Notes: generated by a model not told the origin, from the letters alone. Positions 20,708 to 31,941 are shown, counted from the first letter of the stretch. The stretch is 64,000 bases of DNA from Patescibacteria group bacterium (GCA_041662665.1 JBAZSC010000001.1:1511-65510), one strand, 5' to 3'. Translations and numbers: made by a program.

Positions 20708-21346
20708 ATGAATATCCAATGGTATGGACAATCTTGTTTTAAAATTGTCAGCAAAGAATTAACAATTTTCACCGATCCTTATGATAAGGAAACAGGCTTA
20801 AGACCAGCTCGAACTCATGCTGATATTGTTACTGTTAGCCACAATCATCATGACCACAATAATGTCGCTGAATTAAAAGACAATCCTTTTGTTATCAATA
20901 CTCCTGGTGAATATGAGATCAAATCTGTCTTTGTCAAAGGCATCTCATCATTTCATGATGCAAAAAATGGTGCTGAACGTGGTGAAAACACAATTTACAC
21001 AATTACAGTAGAAGATATTACAATTTGCCATCTTGGTGATTTAGGAACAGAATTATCAGAAAAACAAATAGATCGAATTGGCGAGGTTGATATTCTTATG
21101 ATTCCAGTTGGCGAAAAATATACAATTTCAGTTGAGGAAGCAACAAAAATTATCAATCAAATTGAGCCAAGAGTAATTATGCCAATGCATTATGCCCTAC
21201 CTAGTCAGAAAACTGATATGTCAAAAGTAGACAAATTCTTAAAAGAAATGGGCGCAAAAAAACAAACTCTTGAAAAATACGTTATTAAAAAGAAAGATCT
21301 AGCTCCTGACCAATCAGACGTTATTGTCTTCAAAAATTTAGGATAA
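20708..21346 (+). CDS. MBL-fold metallo-hydrolase (Lactamase_B_3-like)
   Basis: WYGQSCF, SHNHHDHN, HLGDLG, PMHY. Confidence 0.9.
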   Translation: MNIQWYGQSCFKIVSKELTIFTDPYDKETGLRPARTHADIVTVSHNHHDHNNVAELKDNPFVINTPGEYEIKSVFVKGISSFHDAKNGAERGENTIYTITVEDITICHLGDLGTELSEKQIDRIGEVDILMIPVGEKYTISVEEATKIINQIEPRVIMPMHYALPSQKTDMSKVDKFLKEMGAKKQTLEKYVIKKKDLAPDQSDVIVFKNLG

Positions 21347-21446
21347 TTGCGAGTTAAATAAGTTAGACTAGTTAGATTTGTTAGACTAGTTAGACGATTC
21401 GTCGTAACCAATTTAACTTATCTAACAAGTCTAACAAAAATTAATT

Positions 21447-21926
21447 ATGCTCGAAAATCGAACTGAATCAGAAAGAAAACGAATTTTCTGGATTCTATTA
21501 ATTGGCACAGGTTTAATTATTTTTTTTATTTGGTTAATCCTTTTAATAAAAGGCTTTGTTCTTGATTCTGTAAAATTAGCAGAAACAAAAAAACAGGATG
21601 CAGTTCAACAAAATACTAATTCATTCGGCGATCAATTTAAAGAAGCCATTAATGGTTTTAAAAAACTTGATGTTCAAGGCAAAATATTAAATATTAAAGA
21701 TGGCATAAAGAATTTAAATATCAATGAAAATATCGAAAATAATAATTTGAACCAAAACGAAGAACAAGCTTTGAATTCAAATGAAAATGTTAATCAAGAA
21801 CAAGTCCAAGTTAACGAACAAGAAAAAACAGAAGAGCCAGTTAGTCAGGAAAATCCAGAAAACTTAAATCAAGAAGAAAATTTAAATACACCATCAATAC
21901 CTCGTTTGCCAGTTGAAAACGAGTAA
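21447..21926 (+). CDS. single-TM protein with N/E/Q-rich tail
   Basis: ORF track; N-terminal TM helix. Confidence 0.7.
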   Translation: MLENRTESERKRIFWILLIGTGLIIFFIWLILLIKGFVLDSVKLAETKKQDAVQQNTNSFGDQFKEAINGFKKLDVQGKILNIKDGIKNLNINENIENNNLNQNEEQALNSNENVNQEQVQVNEQEKTEEPVSQENPENLNQEENLNTPSIPRLPVENE

Positions 21927-22008
21927 TAAGTAACAAGTAACTTGTAACAAGTAAACGTTTTTACTAATTACTAGTTACTTATTACTAATTAACTAATTAC
22001 TTACACAT

Positions 22009-24444
22009 ATGGAAATAGGTTTAATTAGAGATCGCAAAATTATCGACGAAATGCAGGAATCATATCTTGATTATGCAATGTCAGTTATCGTTTCACGTGC
22101 TTTGCCTGATGTTCGTGATGGTTTAAAACCAGTTCATCGCCGTATTTTATACGCGATGTGGGATATTGGTTTGCGTGCAAATGCAAAATTTAGAAAATCT
22201 GCGACAGTCGTCGGTGAAGTTTTGGGTAAATATCATCCTCATGGCGATACAGCTGTTTATGATTCCTTAGTTCGCTTGGCTCAAGAATTCTCAATGCGAG
22301 ATCCTCTTGTCAACGGTCAAGGTAACTTTGGTTCAGTTGATGGCGATTCAGCAGCTGCGATGCGTTATACAGAATGTAAATTAACAAAAATAGCTGAAGA
22401 AATGCTATTTGATATTGATAAAGAAACAGTAAATTTTATTGACAATTATGATGGCTCGCATAAAGAGCCTCAGATTTTGCCAGCCAAGTTACCAAATACT
22501 TTAATCAATGGCACAATGGGTATTGCAGTTGGCATGGCAACAAACATCCCTCCTCATAATTTAATTGAAATTGCTGATGCTATTAATTGTTTAATTGAAA
22601 ATAAAGATGCTGGAATTGAAGATTTGATGCAATTTGTCAAAGGTCCAGATTTTCCAACTGGCGGAGTAATCTTTAATAAAAAAGAAATTCTACAAGTTTA
22701 TGCAACAGGCAAAGGTGGAATCGTCATGCGAGGCGTTGCCGATATTGAAGAAACAAAAAAGGGCGCATTTAGAATCATAATTACTGCAATTCCTTATCAA
22801 GTTAATAAAGCAACATTAATTGAAAAAATTGCTGATCTAGTCAAGAACAAAAAAATTGATGGCATTAGAGATATTCGCGATGAATCTAATAAAGATGGAA
22901 TCAGAGTCGTTATCGAATTAAAAAAAGAAGCATTTCCAAAGAAAGTTTTAAACAGATTATATAGCCTTACACAATTACAGGAGAAATTTCATGTTAACAT
23001 GCTTGCTCTAGTTGATGGAATTAAGCCAATGGTTCTGAATTTAAAAATGATGCTTGAAGAATATATTAAGCATCGAGTCGAAATTGTAACAAGACGTGCT
23101 CAATATGATTTGCGAAAAGCAAAAGAACGAGAACACATTTTGGAAGGCTTAAGCACTGCATTAGATCATATTGATGAGATCATCAGAATAATCAAAAAAT
23201 CACCAAGCCGAGAAGTTGCTCACCAGAACTTAATGAAACGCTTCAAGTTCAGTGATCTGCAAACCGAAGCAATTCTTGAAATGAGATTATCGCAACTAGC
23301 TGCTTTGGAAAGAATCAAAATAGAAGATGAATTAAAAGAAAAAAGAAGAATAATCAAAGAATTGGAAGAATTATTAGGAAGCAGAAAAAAAATCTTAGGC
23401 GTTGTCAAAACAGAAGTTGCTGAATTGAAAGAAAAATATGGAACAGAAAGAAATACAAAAGTCATTGCCGGCGGTATGGAAGAATTCAAGCCAGAAGATT
23501 TAATTCCAAAAGAAGACATTGTTATTAGTCTAACTCGAGGCGGTTATATCAAGAGTTTGCCAGAAGCAACCTATCATGCGCAAAAGCGTGGCGGTAAAGG
23601 AGTTATGGGCATGGCAACTAAAGAAGAAGACGTCGTAGATCACTTCTTTATGACTGATACTCACGCTGATATCCTCTTCTTTACAAATTCAGGCAAGGTC
23701 TTTCAATTAAAGGCATATGAAATTCCAAAAGCAACAAGACAAGCCAAAGGCCAATCAATTGTGAACTTTTTACAATTATCATCAGAGGAAAAAGTAACAG
23801 CCTTAATTTCACTTGATAAGACAATAGTTGCAAAATACTTAGTCATGGTAACAAAGCAAGGCGTTATTAAAAAAGTAACTATCGAAGATTTCAATAATGT
23901 CAGACGTTCAGGATTAATAGCGATCAAGATTAAGCCAGGTGATGAACTAGAATGGGTTAAGCTCACAACTGGTTCTGATCAAGTCGTTCTTATCACTCAA
24001 AAAGGCCAATCAATCAGATTCAAAGAAAAAGATGTTCGTGCTATGGGTCGTACAGCTTCTGGTGTTCGCGGAATGAAATTAAAAAATGGCGATTTGATAG
24101 TCAGTATGGATGTCATTTCTGAAAAAGTTAATAAAGATCAAAAGATGTTCGTTATTACAGAAAAAGGTTACGGCAAAACAACAAAAGTCAGTGCCTACAA
24201 AATTCAAGGACGTGGCGGAAGCGGAGTCAAGACAGCAAAAATCACTTCCAAGAATGGACCAATTGTTGCTGCAGGAGCTATTGATCATACTATTGAAGAA
24301 TTAATTATTATCTCTTCAAAAGGCGCAGTCATCAGAATTTCTGCTGATGCAGTTCCAGAACATGGCCGAGCAACACAAGGCGTTCGCGTCATGCGCTTAG
24401 AGGCCGGCGACAAAGTTGCCAGCGTTGCGTATATAAAAGTTTAA
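22009..24444 (+). CDS. gyrA: DNA gyrase subunit A
   Basis: YHPHGD, AAMRYTE, GyrA-box QKRGGKG, C-terminal pinwheel repeats. Confidence 0.98.
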   Translation: MEIGLIRDRKIIDEMQESYLDYAMSVIVSRALPDVRDGLKPVHRRILYAMWDIGLRANAKFRKSATVVGEVLGKYHPHGDTAVYDSLVRLAQEFSMRDPLVNGQGNFGSVDGDSAAAMRYTECKLTKIAEEMLFDIDKETVNFIDNYDGSHKEPQILPAKLPNTLINGTMGIAVGMATNIPPHNLIEIADAINCLIENKDAGIEDLMQFVKGPDFPTGGVIFNKKEILQVYATGKGGIVMRGVADIEETKKGAFRIIITAIPYQVNKATLIEKIADLVKNKKIDGIRDIRDESNKDGIRVVIELKKEAFPKKVLNRLYSLTQLQEKFHVNMLALVDGIKPMVLNLKMMLEEYIKHRVEIVTRRAQYDLRKAKEREHILEGLSTALDHIDEIIRIIKKSPSREVAHQNLMKRFKFSDLQTEAILEMRLSQLAALERIKIEDELKEKRRIIKELEELLGSRKKILGVVKTEVAELKEKYGTERNTKVIAGGMEEFKPEDLIPKEDIVISLTRGGYIKSLPEATYHAQKRGGKGVMGMATKEEDVVDHFFMTDTHADILFFTNSGKVFQLKAYEIPKATRQAKGQSIVNFLQLSSEEKVTALISLDKTIVAKYLVMVTKQGVIKKVTIEDFNNVRRSGLIAIKIKPGDELEWVKLTTGSDQVVLITQKGQSIRFKEKDVRAMGRTASGVRGMKLKNGDLIVSMDVISEKVNKDQKMFVITEKGYGKTTKVSAYKIQGRGGSGVKTAKITSKNGPIVAAGAIDHTIEELIIISSKGAVIRISADAVPEHGRATQGVRVMRLEAGDKVASVAYIKV

Positions 24445-24591
24445 AAAAGCGACAGAGGCTTCTACCCAACTTTTAGTTGGGGTTCGTATGGCTTTAGCCA
24501 TAGGCGACGTAGGGCGGAGTTTAAGAATCTCCGCCTTTTTTGTCATAAAAAAACATCCATTAAGGATGTAGTAAAAAAGTTCAAACAATTG

Positions 24592-24675
24592 CTAGGACAT
24601 TGTCCAAAAAATCAAACTGATAAAAATCATCGCACCATGAAGAAAAAGGATTATCAGAACTAGCCTAGAAAACAA
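24592..24675 (-). CDS. 27-aa hydrophobic peptide MFSRLVLIILFLHGAMIFISLIFWTMS
   Basis: GGGAGGAGG 5 nt before a TTG start; single TM; not in ORF track. Confidence 0.55.
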   Translation of the reverse strand: MFSRLVLIILFLHGAMIFISLIFWTMS

Positions 24676-24709
24676 GATATCCTCCTCCCTTTACATCAAA
24701 AAAAATCAA

Positions 24710-25060
24710 TCAAGTAATCGGTACAGCCACAAACCACAAGCCTAGCCATGAAAATTCCGCTGAATCACCACCATAAAAATCAGTAAAATACCAATTGCCA
24801 TTTTTGGCTTTATATATGCCCGAATATGTTTGTCCAGCAAAATTCCCACCTCTGCATTCAGGTGCTGTAGCAGCAATTTTACACATTTCTTCAATTTCTT
24901 GACGATGGTTTGCTAAAAGAGCATTTAATTCTGCACTGCCCCCGCCTTTCAAACCTCTTTCTTTCATGAAATTATGATGACTATACTCTCCATGCTTTTG
25001 AGGATCAAGACGAAACAATGTCATATTTTCTATTTCCTTCGTTTCAACTATCCAATCCAT
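24710..25060 (-). CDS. hypothetical protein
   Basis: AAGGAGG SD; TTGACT-N17-TAAAAT promoter. Confidence 0.7.
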   Translation of the reverse strand: MDWIVETKEIENMTLFRLDPQKHGEYSHHNFMKERGLKGGGSAELNALLANHRQEIEEMCKIAATAPECRGGNFAGQTYSGIYKAKNGNWYFTDFYGGDSAEFSWLGLWFVAVPIT

Positions 25061-25294
25061 TTTCGTTTCCTCCTTTTCGTTGCCAAGCTACACGTATTTT
25101 AAAGCACACAAATATTAAAGTCAAGATTAATATAAAATCCAAACAAAAAAGCGATTTTAAAAATATTGTTTTTTAGTATCTATTATTTCTCCTCCCTGTT
25201 TTTAAGGTACGAATTTGAAAATAAAGTTTACAATTATAAAAATAAAAAGTCATTCAATTAAATTTTTATGTATAAAAAAAAGACCAAAAATGGT

Positions 25295-25654
25295 CTAATC
25301 AACAAGTGTGCGCGAAAAATCATAAATCAATTTTGAAAGATCATTTGGCTTTATGCCCCATAGCGCAGAGAATTCAAGAAATACTTTTTGCTGAGCAAGA
25401 CTATTTTCATTATACTTATTCAGCGAATAAATAACTTCTCTGCCTGAAAGAGGGTCATTTATGTTGCAGTCTCGAAGTACAACCAAGAGACCAGAACGCA
25501 TCTGAGAGAAAATCAAGACTGCTCTAAATCTAACATTGCGACAAACATCTGAAATATTCCAAACTTGCAGTGCGATAAGAATCGGATGAGAAGGATCCGA
25601 AGAATCCTTAATGCCAAATCCAATTCTCTCAAGATATGTGATTCTGCTTGGCAT
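25295..25654 (-). CDS. hypothetical protein
   Basis: AAGGAGG SD; upstream TTGACA. Confidence 0.65.
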   Translation of the reverse strand: MPSRITYLERIGFGIKDSSDPSHPILIALQVWNISDVCRNVRFRAVLIFSQMRSGLLVVLRDCNINDPLSGREVIYSLNKYNENSLAQQKVFLEFSALWGIKPNDLSKLIYDFSRTLVD

Positions 25655-25774
25655 AACGTGCCTCCTTCTGCTTGCCTTGGCAAGCTATGCAATATAAGTT
25701 AACTGCAAAAAAAATTTTTTGTCAACAAAAAAGCACCCAATATGGGAGCTATGAATCAAAGAACGAAATCAATA

Positions 25775-25975
25775 TCATCTCCAATGAGCAATAGTTTTAT
25801 TAACATTTTTTCGGTAAGTTTCATATTCAGATTCAGTCAAATAAACTCCAAGCATTGCAACAAATATTCTTTTTTCGGTAGATGCATCATTCTGTTTTGA
25901 TTTTTGAGAATGTGATGGATGTGAATCACAGTGATCATATGGGCAATCAGAATAATCACAACTTCCTCCGCACAT
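25775..25975 (-). CDS. small Cys/His-rich hypothetical protein
   Basis: AAGGAGG SD; MCGGSCDYSDCPYDHCDSH N-terminus. Confidence 0.6.
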   Translation of the reverse strand: MCGGSCDYSDCPYDHCDSHPSHSQKSKQNDASTEKRIFVAMLGVYLTESEYETYRKNVNKTIAHWR

Positions 25976-26131
25976 CTTTGCCTCCTTTCTTCTTCCTGAC
26001 CCAGTGTACTTTAAATTTTTTCAAGCTCATTAATTTTGACCTAAACCAAAATTACAACTAAAATCAAAAAAAGTCAACAAAAAAACGGCCCATGCCGATT
26101 ATGTTAAATTAAAATTTTTGACAAATAAAAA

Positions 26132-26214
26132 TGCCCAGGGAGGGACTCGAACCCTCAAGACCTTGCGGTCACAGGATTTTAAGTCCTGCGTGTATACCAT
26201 TCCACCACCTGGGC
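26132..26214 (-). tRNA. tRNA-Leu(TAA)
   Basis: Cloverleaf with long variable arm, CT-TAA-AA loop. Confidence 0.93.
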
Positions 26215-26301
26215 GTATTCAAATTATAAATAACTAAATTATAAATGCAAAATTATCGGCATCAGATCTGCGTTCGATCAGCGTTAGAAATCAGCGTCAT
26301 A

Positions 26302-26766
26302 TCAGCTTCTATTCATACTGATCTCGTAAGCCACAATCCCACATGCAACAGAAACATTCAAAGATTCTTTTTTACCTTTCATCGGAATCTCTATAAATTC
26401 ATCACAATATTTTAAAATATCTTTTGATAAACCTGTTACTTCATTGCCTAATACTAATGCAACTGGAAATTTGGGTTTATATTCAAAATAATTAATACTT
26501 TTTTTAGTTTGTTCAAGAGCTACTATATTATAACCACTTTCTTTAAGTTTTTTCAAGATCCGCCAAGTTATTTTAACACTTTCAAACGGTACAAACTTTT
26601 CAGCACCTAATGCAACCTTTGCAATTTTAGAATGAGGTGGTGCAGGTGTAATTCCGCATAAATAGATTTTGTCTATTCCTGCTCCATCAGCAGTTCTAAA
26701 TATAGATCCAACATTGAATCTACTTCTTACATTATCAAGAACTAAAATAAAACTGTCATTTTTCAT
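26302..26766 (-). CDS. SpoU/TrmH family RNA methyltransferase
   Basis: LDNVRSRFNVGSIFRT, LGNEVTG, IPM-G-KESLNVSVA. Confidence 0.92.
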   Translation of the reverse strand: MKNDSFILVLDNVRSRFNVGSIFRTADGAGIDKIYLCGITPAPPHSKIAKVALGAEKFVPFESVKITWRILKKLKESGYNIVALEQTKKSINYFEYKPKFPVALVLGNEVTGLSKDILKYCDEFIEIPMKGKKESLNVSVACGIVAYEISMNRS

Positions 26767-26844
26767 TCAAAATCTTTACAAAATTATAAGAAAAAATGCT
26801 AATCAGAGTCAAATCAGCGTTCGATATCAGCGTCATATCAGCTT

Positions 26845-27276
26845 CTACATCTTCCATTTCAAAATTCCTCGCTTAATTAAATCTGGAAAAATCTTATTCT
26901 TAATAATTGGTGATAATTCATTCCTGTCACTTCCTTGAGTAAACCAGACAATTTCTTTAATTTCACTCGTCGGTCTTGCTTCGTGAGCTATATTTCCTTG
27001 GTATAATTTAATTCTAACAATTTTATTTTCTGATTCGTCATCAGAAGCAGCTTTATCAATATATGTTCCGATATAAGATGGGTCACCAACTATTTTATTA
27101 TCAGATCCGAGCTCTTCTTTAATTTCGCGTCTTAAACAAGTTATATCATCCTCGCCTGCTTCAATTTTACCTCCAGGCAAAATTAATTTAGAAGTATAAT
27201 CTTTCTTGCGACAAAATAAAATTTTATCATTAAGCACAACTAATAAACCTATTTTGTCGAAATCGATATTTTTCAT
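26845..27276 (-). CDS. NUDIX hydrolase
   Basis: PGGKIEAGEDDITCLRREIKEELG Nudix box. Confidence 0.9.
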   Translation of the reverse strand: MKNIDFDKIGLLVVLNDKILFCRKKDYTSKLILPGGKIEAGEDDITCLRREIKEELGSDNKIVGDPSYIGTYIDKAASDDESENKIVRIKLYQGNIAHEARPTSEIKEIVWFTQGSDRNELSPIIKNKIFPDLIKRGILKWKM

Positions 27277-27305
27277 TTTTAATTTTGAATTTTTAATTCG
27301 AAATG

Positions 27306-27376
27306 AGGCCTGGACCGGATTTGAACCGATGTACGCAGTTTTGCAAACTGCTGCCTAGCCACTCGGCCACCAGGCC
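27306..27376 (-). tRNA. tRNA-Cys(GCA)
   Basis: Cloverleaf, TT-GCA-AA loop. Confidence 0.92.
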
Positions 27377-27396
27377 AGTATAAATTAAATAAAACA

Positions 27397-27468
27397 AGCG
27401 GGTGAGCGGAATCGAACCGCCGTATCGAACTTGGCAAGCTCGCATAATAGCCATTATATTACACCCGC
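27397..27468 (-). tRNA. tRNA-Gly(GCC)
   Basis: GCGGGTG acceptor stem, TT-GCC-AA loop. Confidence 0.92.
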
Positions 27469-28130
27469 ATATTATTTATTTCTTTTGACATTAATTTAAT
27501 CCAAACAAGAACTTTTTCTTTTAAAAAATGACTGTCGTTAACTCTTATGAGACAAATTCCATTCATAAGCCTTGCTGTTGGATGTTTACCATAGATTGTG
27601 CTGCTTTTATCAAAATTTTTAATCGAAATCCCAGTTTTTGAACACCAATATTTTTTACATTCGAAGTCATCTAGATCTGGATATAAAACAAGAGATATAC
27701 GAATTTTTCCTAAATCAACATTACAAATTTTTATAAGAAAATTATAAAATAATTTAATCATTTCTGCATCTGTATTTGATAATCTAAGGGGATATTTCAA
27801 GACTCTATCACCTTCACCCCAATAGAGCATTAAACCAGCAACAAAAAGTAAATTATTTTTTAATACGTGAAATTGGTTTATGGCTTCAACTCTACATTTC
27901 TTAATCTTCGTTAATCTTAGAGCGCCTTGCCTCTTTCTTATAGTTTTAAGATTCTCAATAGAATCAATTTTAGCCTTGTTTATCAAAGATTTTTTAATCA
28001 CGTTTGACCAGCTACAATTTTTGAACCAATAGTGCATCGTGCTTTTTGGAATACCTAATTTATTACTTATTTCATTATAACTAGCACCCTTTTTTCTGAG
28101 TAAAATTGCAGAATGTTTATCATTCCTCAT
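27459..28130 (-). CDS. HTH plus LAGLIDADG-like protein
   Basis: N-terminal HTH (G-SY-EIS--LG-PKST---W); AGLMLYWGEG; stop codon inside the tRNA-Gly 5' end. Confidence 0.75.
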   Translation of the reverse strand: MRNDKHSAILLRKKGASYNEISNKLGIPKSTMHYWFKNCSWSNVIKKSLINKAKIDSIENLKTIRKRQGALRLTKIKKCRVEAINQFHVLKNNLLFVAGLMLYWGEGDRVLKYPLRLSNTDAEMIKLFYNFLIKICNVDLGKIRISLVLYPDLDDFECKKYWCSKTGISIKNFDKSSTIYGKHPTARLMNGICLIRVNDSHFLKEKVLVWIKLMSKEINNMRV

Positions 28131-28197
28131 AAATTGAACTTATTAATGTATCAACATTATTATAGCATAATAGTTCAAAGTTGTTAAAGATCAAATT

Positions 28198-28269
28198 TGC
28201 CGAAGGGCAGAATCGGACTGCCGACACAACGGTTTTCAGCCGTTTGCTCTACCACTGAGCTACTTCGGC
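28198..28269 (-). tRNA. tRNA-Phe(GAA)
   Basis: Cloverleaf, CT-GAA-AA loop. Confidence 0.9.
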
Positions 28270-28272
28270 TCA

Positions 28273-28345
28273 TGGGCGGTACTGGGCTCGAACCAATGAC
28301 CTACTCGGTGTAAACGAGTTGCTCTACCAACTGAGCTAACCGCCC
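28273..28345 (-). tRNA. tRNA-Val(TAC)
   Basis: Cloverleaf, TT-TAC-AC loop. Confidence 0.93.
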
Positions 28346-28436
28346 AATAATAACAAAATTATAAATCAAAAATTACTTTAGCGATTGTAATAGTTAGTAA
28401 TTTTGTTATTTATCATTTAGTTATTTATAATTATAT

Positions 28437-28521
28437 TGGTGCCGCGGGGGAGACTCGAACTCCCAAGCCTTACGGCACATGCACCTCAAGCATGCCTGTA
28501 TGCCAATTCCAGCACCGCGGC
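28437..28521 (-). tRNA. tRNA-Leu(GAG)
   Basis: Long variable arm, TT-GAG-GT loop, encoded CCA. Confidence 0.93.
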
Positions 28522-28533
28522 TAGACAACAAAA

Positions 28534-29118
28534 TTATTTCTTCTCTTCTTTTTTAGTTTTATCTTCTACTTTCTTATCTTCAACTTTTTTAGTATCTTTT
28601 TTAACTTCTTCAGTTTTAACAGCTTCTGGTTTTCCTTCTCTCTTTGCATCTTTAGCTACTTCAGCAGCTTGAGCTTCAGCTTTTTTCTTATTTTCTTCTT
28701 CTTGTTTTAATCTAATAGCTTCTTTTTCTTTTACTTCATCAAAACCCATTGCTTCTAGATCAGCAGGAGTCATTTCTTTTTCTTTTAGCTTAGATTTTTT
28801 CTTTTGCAAATTTCTTAAATAATATAATTTAGCACGTCTAACATCGCCTTTCTTGATAACTTCAAGCTTAACAATAGTTGGCAAATGAAAAGGAAATATT
28901 TTTTCTACTCCAACACCAGAAGCAATTTTTCGAACAGTAAAAGATCCATTCATTCCGCGACCGCTATTAATTCTAATAACAGTTCCTTGAAAAAACTGGA
29001 CTCTTTCTTTATCGCCTTCTTTAATTTTTTGGTATACTTTTACAGTATCGCCAGGCTCAATTGCTGGCATTTTTCTTTTGATTTGATCTTTCTCAAATTT
29101 CTTGATTAATTCTTGCAT
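28534..29118 (-). CDS. rplS: 50S ribosomal protein L19 with charged C-terminal extension
   Basis: PGDTVKV-QKIKEGDKERVQFFQG, FTVRKIA-GVGVEK-FP, VRRAKLYYLR. Confidence 0.96.
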   Translation of the reverse strand: MQELIKKFEKDQIKRKMPAIEPGDTVKVYQKIKEGDKERVQFFQGTVIRINSGRGMNGSFTVRKIASGVGVEKIFPFHLPTIVKLEVIKKGDVRRAKLYYLRNLQKKKSKLKEKEMTPADLEAMGFDEVKEKEAIRLKQEEENKKKAEAQAAEVAKDAKREGKPEAVKTEEVKKDTKKVEDKKVEDKTKKEEKK

Positions 29119-29188
29119 ACACACGAAGTTAATTAGTAATTAGTAACTAGTAACTAGCGACGTCGTCGGTCTAATTACTAATTACTAA

Positions 29189-29749
29189 TTACTTATTTTC
29201 AGTAGATATTTCAAGACCTCGTTTTTCTAATTCACTTAACACAAATTCAAGCGTCTCGCCTGGCTCTTTATCACTTGTCTCAACTACTAAATCATATATG
29301 GAAAGATTAGAAATGTCAATGCCATATATCGATTTATATCGTTTTGCTTCGCTCTTTTCTCGCATCTCTACTTTTTTTGAAGTTACATCTAATGTTTCAT
29401 TTTCGCGATGAGCAATTCTCTCTAATCTAATATCAATTGGAGCAGTCACCCATATCTTTACAAAATCATTATTCTGTTCGCGATGTGCAAACCAGCCAGA
29501 CAATCTTCCTTCGACAATGCAATTCTCATGAGAATCAGCAAAATTCATTACTTGTCGATCTAAATTAGTATCAATCGATGGGTCATTTTCGATTTGCTTA
29601 TTAAATTCTTCTACGCTTAATCCTCTTTTTTCAGCCATTTCTCGAAAAATTTTGCCAGCATAAATATAATCAAAGCTCAAAACTTTGTTTAAATTTTTGC
29701 ATAATGTTGTTGTACCGCTACCAGGTAGACCGCTAACCGTTATTTTCAT
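29189..29749 (-). CDS. cmk: cytidylate kinase, archaeal-type
   Basis: MKITVSGLPGSGTTT, AG-IFREMA, VEGRLSGW, RY---YGID. Confidence 0.85.
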   Translation of the reverse strand: MKITVSGLPGSGTTTLCKNLNKVLSFDYIYAGKIFREMAEKRGLSVEEFNKQIENDPSIDTNLDRQVMNFADSHENCIVEGRLSGWFAHREQNNDFVKIWVTAPIDIRLERIAHRENETLDVTSKKVEMREKSEAKRYKSIYGIDISNLSIYDLVVETSDKEPGETLEFVLSELEKRGLEISTENK

Positions 29750-29813
29750 TAATTGCACCTAATTTCTAATTTCCAATTTCTAATATTGTTATTTTAATAT
29801 TAGATATTAGAAA

Positions 29814-30509
29814 TTAGATATTAAACTTCGTTAATTCATTTAAGAATATTTGCAAATCATCTGACAGCTCAATTTCGAAAGTCTTATTTTCACCGCTTGG
29901 CAATTTGAATTTTAGATAATGCGCATGCAAGAACTGTCTTTTTAATTTAGTTGGATCTAATTTTCTAAACCGATATTCTTGGTCTCCAACAATTGGATGT
30001 CCAATCTTAGCCAAATGGACTCTGATTTGATGAGTTCTTCCAGTTTCTATTTTAACATCTAGTAAAGAAAATTTATCACCAAATTCTTTAATAACTTCAT
30101 ATCGAGTTACAGCAGGTTTGCTAGTTTTAGATAGTCTAGCTCTTACCTTACCTTTTTTTTCAAGAGAATAGACAATAATTCCTTTCTTTTCTTTCATTAT
30201 ACCATAAACTAATGCAAAATATTTCTTTTCAATTTGCCTATTCTTAAAAATATCAATTAAATAATCATAAGCCGATTTGTTTTTAGCCACAATTATCAAT
30301 CCTGAAGTATCTTTATCCAATCTATGTACAATTCCAGGTCTTAAAGACTGTCCAACATTTTTAATTTCTGGATAATTTTCAACAACAAAATCAGACAAAG
30401 TATTATCTTTATATGTATTGTCAGGATGAACAACTAGCCCAGCAGGTTTATTAATAATCAAAACATCATTATCTTCAAAAACAATATGTTTTTTTAGATC
30501 AAATTGCAT
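29814..30509 (-). CDS. RluA/RluD-family pseudouridine synthase
   Basis: NKPAGLVVHP, HRLDKDTSG, TGRTHQIRVH, GHPIVGD. Confidence 0.93.
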   Translation of the reverse strand: MQFDLKKHIVFEDNDVLIINKPAGLVVHPDNTYKDNTLSDFVVENYPEIKNVGQSLRPGIVHRLDKDTSGLIIVAKNKSAYDYLIDIFKNRQIEKKYFALVYGIMKEKKGIIVYSLEKKGKVRARLSKTSKPAVTRYEVIKEFGDKFSLLDVKIETGRTHQIRVHLAKIGHPIVGDQEYRFRKLDPTKLKRQFLHAHYLKFKLPSGENKTFEIELSDDLQIFLNELTKFNI

Positions 30510-30633
30510 AAAATTATTTAAACATATTTTAACTTATATAAATAATCTTATCAAGTCTATCTACGAGATTTTATAAAACAAAAAAAATGCATCATAACGA
30601 TGCATTTGCTTTCTACATTCTACTTTCTGCTTG

Positions 30634-31632
30634 CTACATAGTCGGTAAAGTCATTTCCTGAACTTTATAATACATTACATATTTGCCATTATTTTTCCTC
30701 GTAACACTTGGATCGCAAATAATTTGATTTTGTTCGCTCGATAAAATAGATCTTTCTCCAGACCATTTTTCTGCATTCTTTGAAAGAGACATGCTGATTC
30801 CAGCTTTGCAATAATATAACGCATATTTCTTGCTCAATTTGGTAATATGAGGTGAAGCTCCATCTTGTGCCGAACCCTTTAGCTTGCCTTTTAATTTAAA
30901 AGTTGTTCCATTTGTGCTTGTTGCCCAAAAAAGTCCTTCATTATCGCCTGACACAACCATTATCCACTTATCGCCAACTTTCATAACAGTTGGATCAATA
31001 TACATTTTACCCTTCAAAGCAGTTGAATCTTCTTCTAACCAATTAATTCCATCTCTGGAAACTGCTGTTTTTATCTTGCTTGTTTCAGATGCAGTTGAAA
31101 AAGCGCTAGGCGGTGACATAAAATACATTCTATAATAATCATCAACTTTCACAACTTCTGGATCCCAAGCTTTTTTGCCAGAAAAATTATAAATTCGGCA
31201 TTTCCCAGGTTTTAACTTGCCATTCTCTTTAATTCTGCAATTCATAGTATCGTATTTTCCATCAACATAATAAACAATTTCTTTGTCATTAACAATTTGC
31301 ATATCTGGTACACTAGCATGGTCAATTAATTTTTTATTCTCTTTTGTCCATGTTTTGCCATCTTTAGAATTTGCACGCCAGACAGAATGATAATAAGGAT
31401 GACTGCAACAAGGTGGTACTCCTTGATCTATTTTGGGATTTTTGTGACCTGCTTTAGTTGGATCAAAATCAGGAGAAGTCGGATCAAGATAATCTGTTGA
31501 GTTTGTTGATAAACTTGCCTCGCAATAATTTTTCGCTAAAGCATTTTTAGTCTCACCTGCCGTAAAAACAAATAAAGCCAAATACAAACCAAAAATACCT
31601 AAAATGAGGCTAATAATTTTAACTTGTTTCAT
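30634..31632 (-). CDS. secreted beta-propeller glycoside-hydrolase-like protein
   Basis: Signal/TM segment; repeated DP-V...Y-MY and S-DG--W motifs. Confidence 0.7.
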   Translation of the reverse strand: MKQVKIISLILGIFGLYLALFVFTAGETKNALAKNYCEASLSTNSTDYLDPTSPDFDPTKAGHKNPKIDQGVPPCCSHPYYHSVWRANSKDGKTWTKENKKLIDHASVPDMQIVNDKEIVYYVDGKYDTMNCRIKENGKLKPGKCRIYNFSGKKAWDPEVVKVDDYYRMYFMSPPSAFSTASETSKIKTAVSRDGINWLEEDSTALKGKMYIDPTVMKVGDKWIMVVSGDNEGLFWATSTNGTTFKLKGKLKGSAQDGASPHITKLSKKYALYYCKAGISMSLSKNAEKWSGERSILSSEQNQIICDPSVTRKNNGKYVMYYKVQEMTLPTM

Positions 31633-31692
31633 TTTGTTTTTATTATTAATAATTTATATTAATAATATATCATATTTTTTGCAAAACAAAAA

Positions 31693-31765
31693 TGGACCCT
31701 ATCGGGATCGAACCGATTACCTTTTCCATGCCATGGAAACGCTCTACCAAGTGAGCTAAGGGCCC
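31693..31765 (-). tRNA. tRNA-Ala(GGC)
   Basis: G3:U70 pair, AT-GGC-AT loop. Confidence 0.92.
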
Positions 31766-31850
31766 AAAAAACAATTAACAATTAACTTTTAACAATTAAC
31801 AAAATATACTAAAAGTTAACTGTTAAATGTTAATAGTTAATTGTTTAAAT

Positions 31851-31922
31851 TGCCCTCGAGAGGATTCGAACCTCTGCTGCTAGTTCCGAAGACTAGAGTG
31901 ATATCCGCTTCACTACGAGGGC
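31851..31922 (-). tRNA. tRNA-Arg(TCG)
   Basis: Cloverleaf, CT-TCG-GA loop. Confidence 0.9.
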
Positions 31923-31941
31923 GATGGCAATGGCGGGCAGG

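Noticed and set aside
18581-25975. Prophage
   Set aside because: Orphan clusters lack any structural, terminase, integrase or replication genes and are interleaved with core genes.
28198-28269. tRNA-Phe pseudogene (T-loop TCCGA instead of TTCGA)
   Set aside because: All stems pair fully; a single T-loop variant is insufficient evidence.
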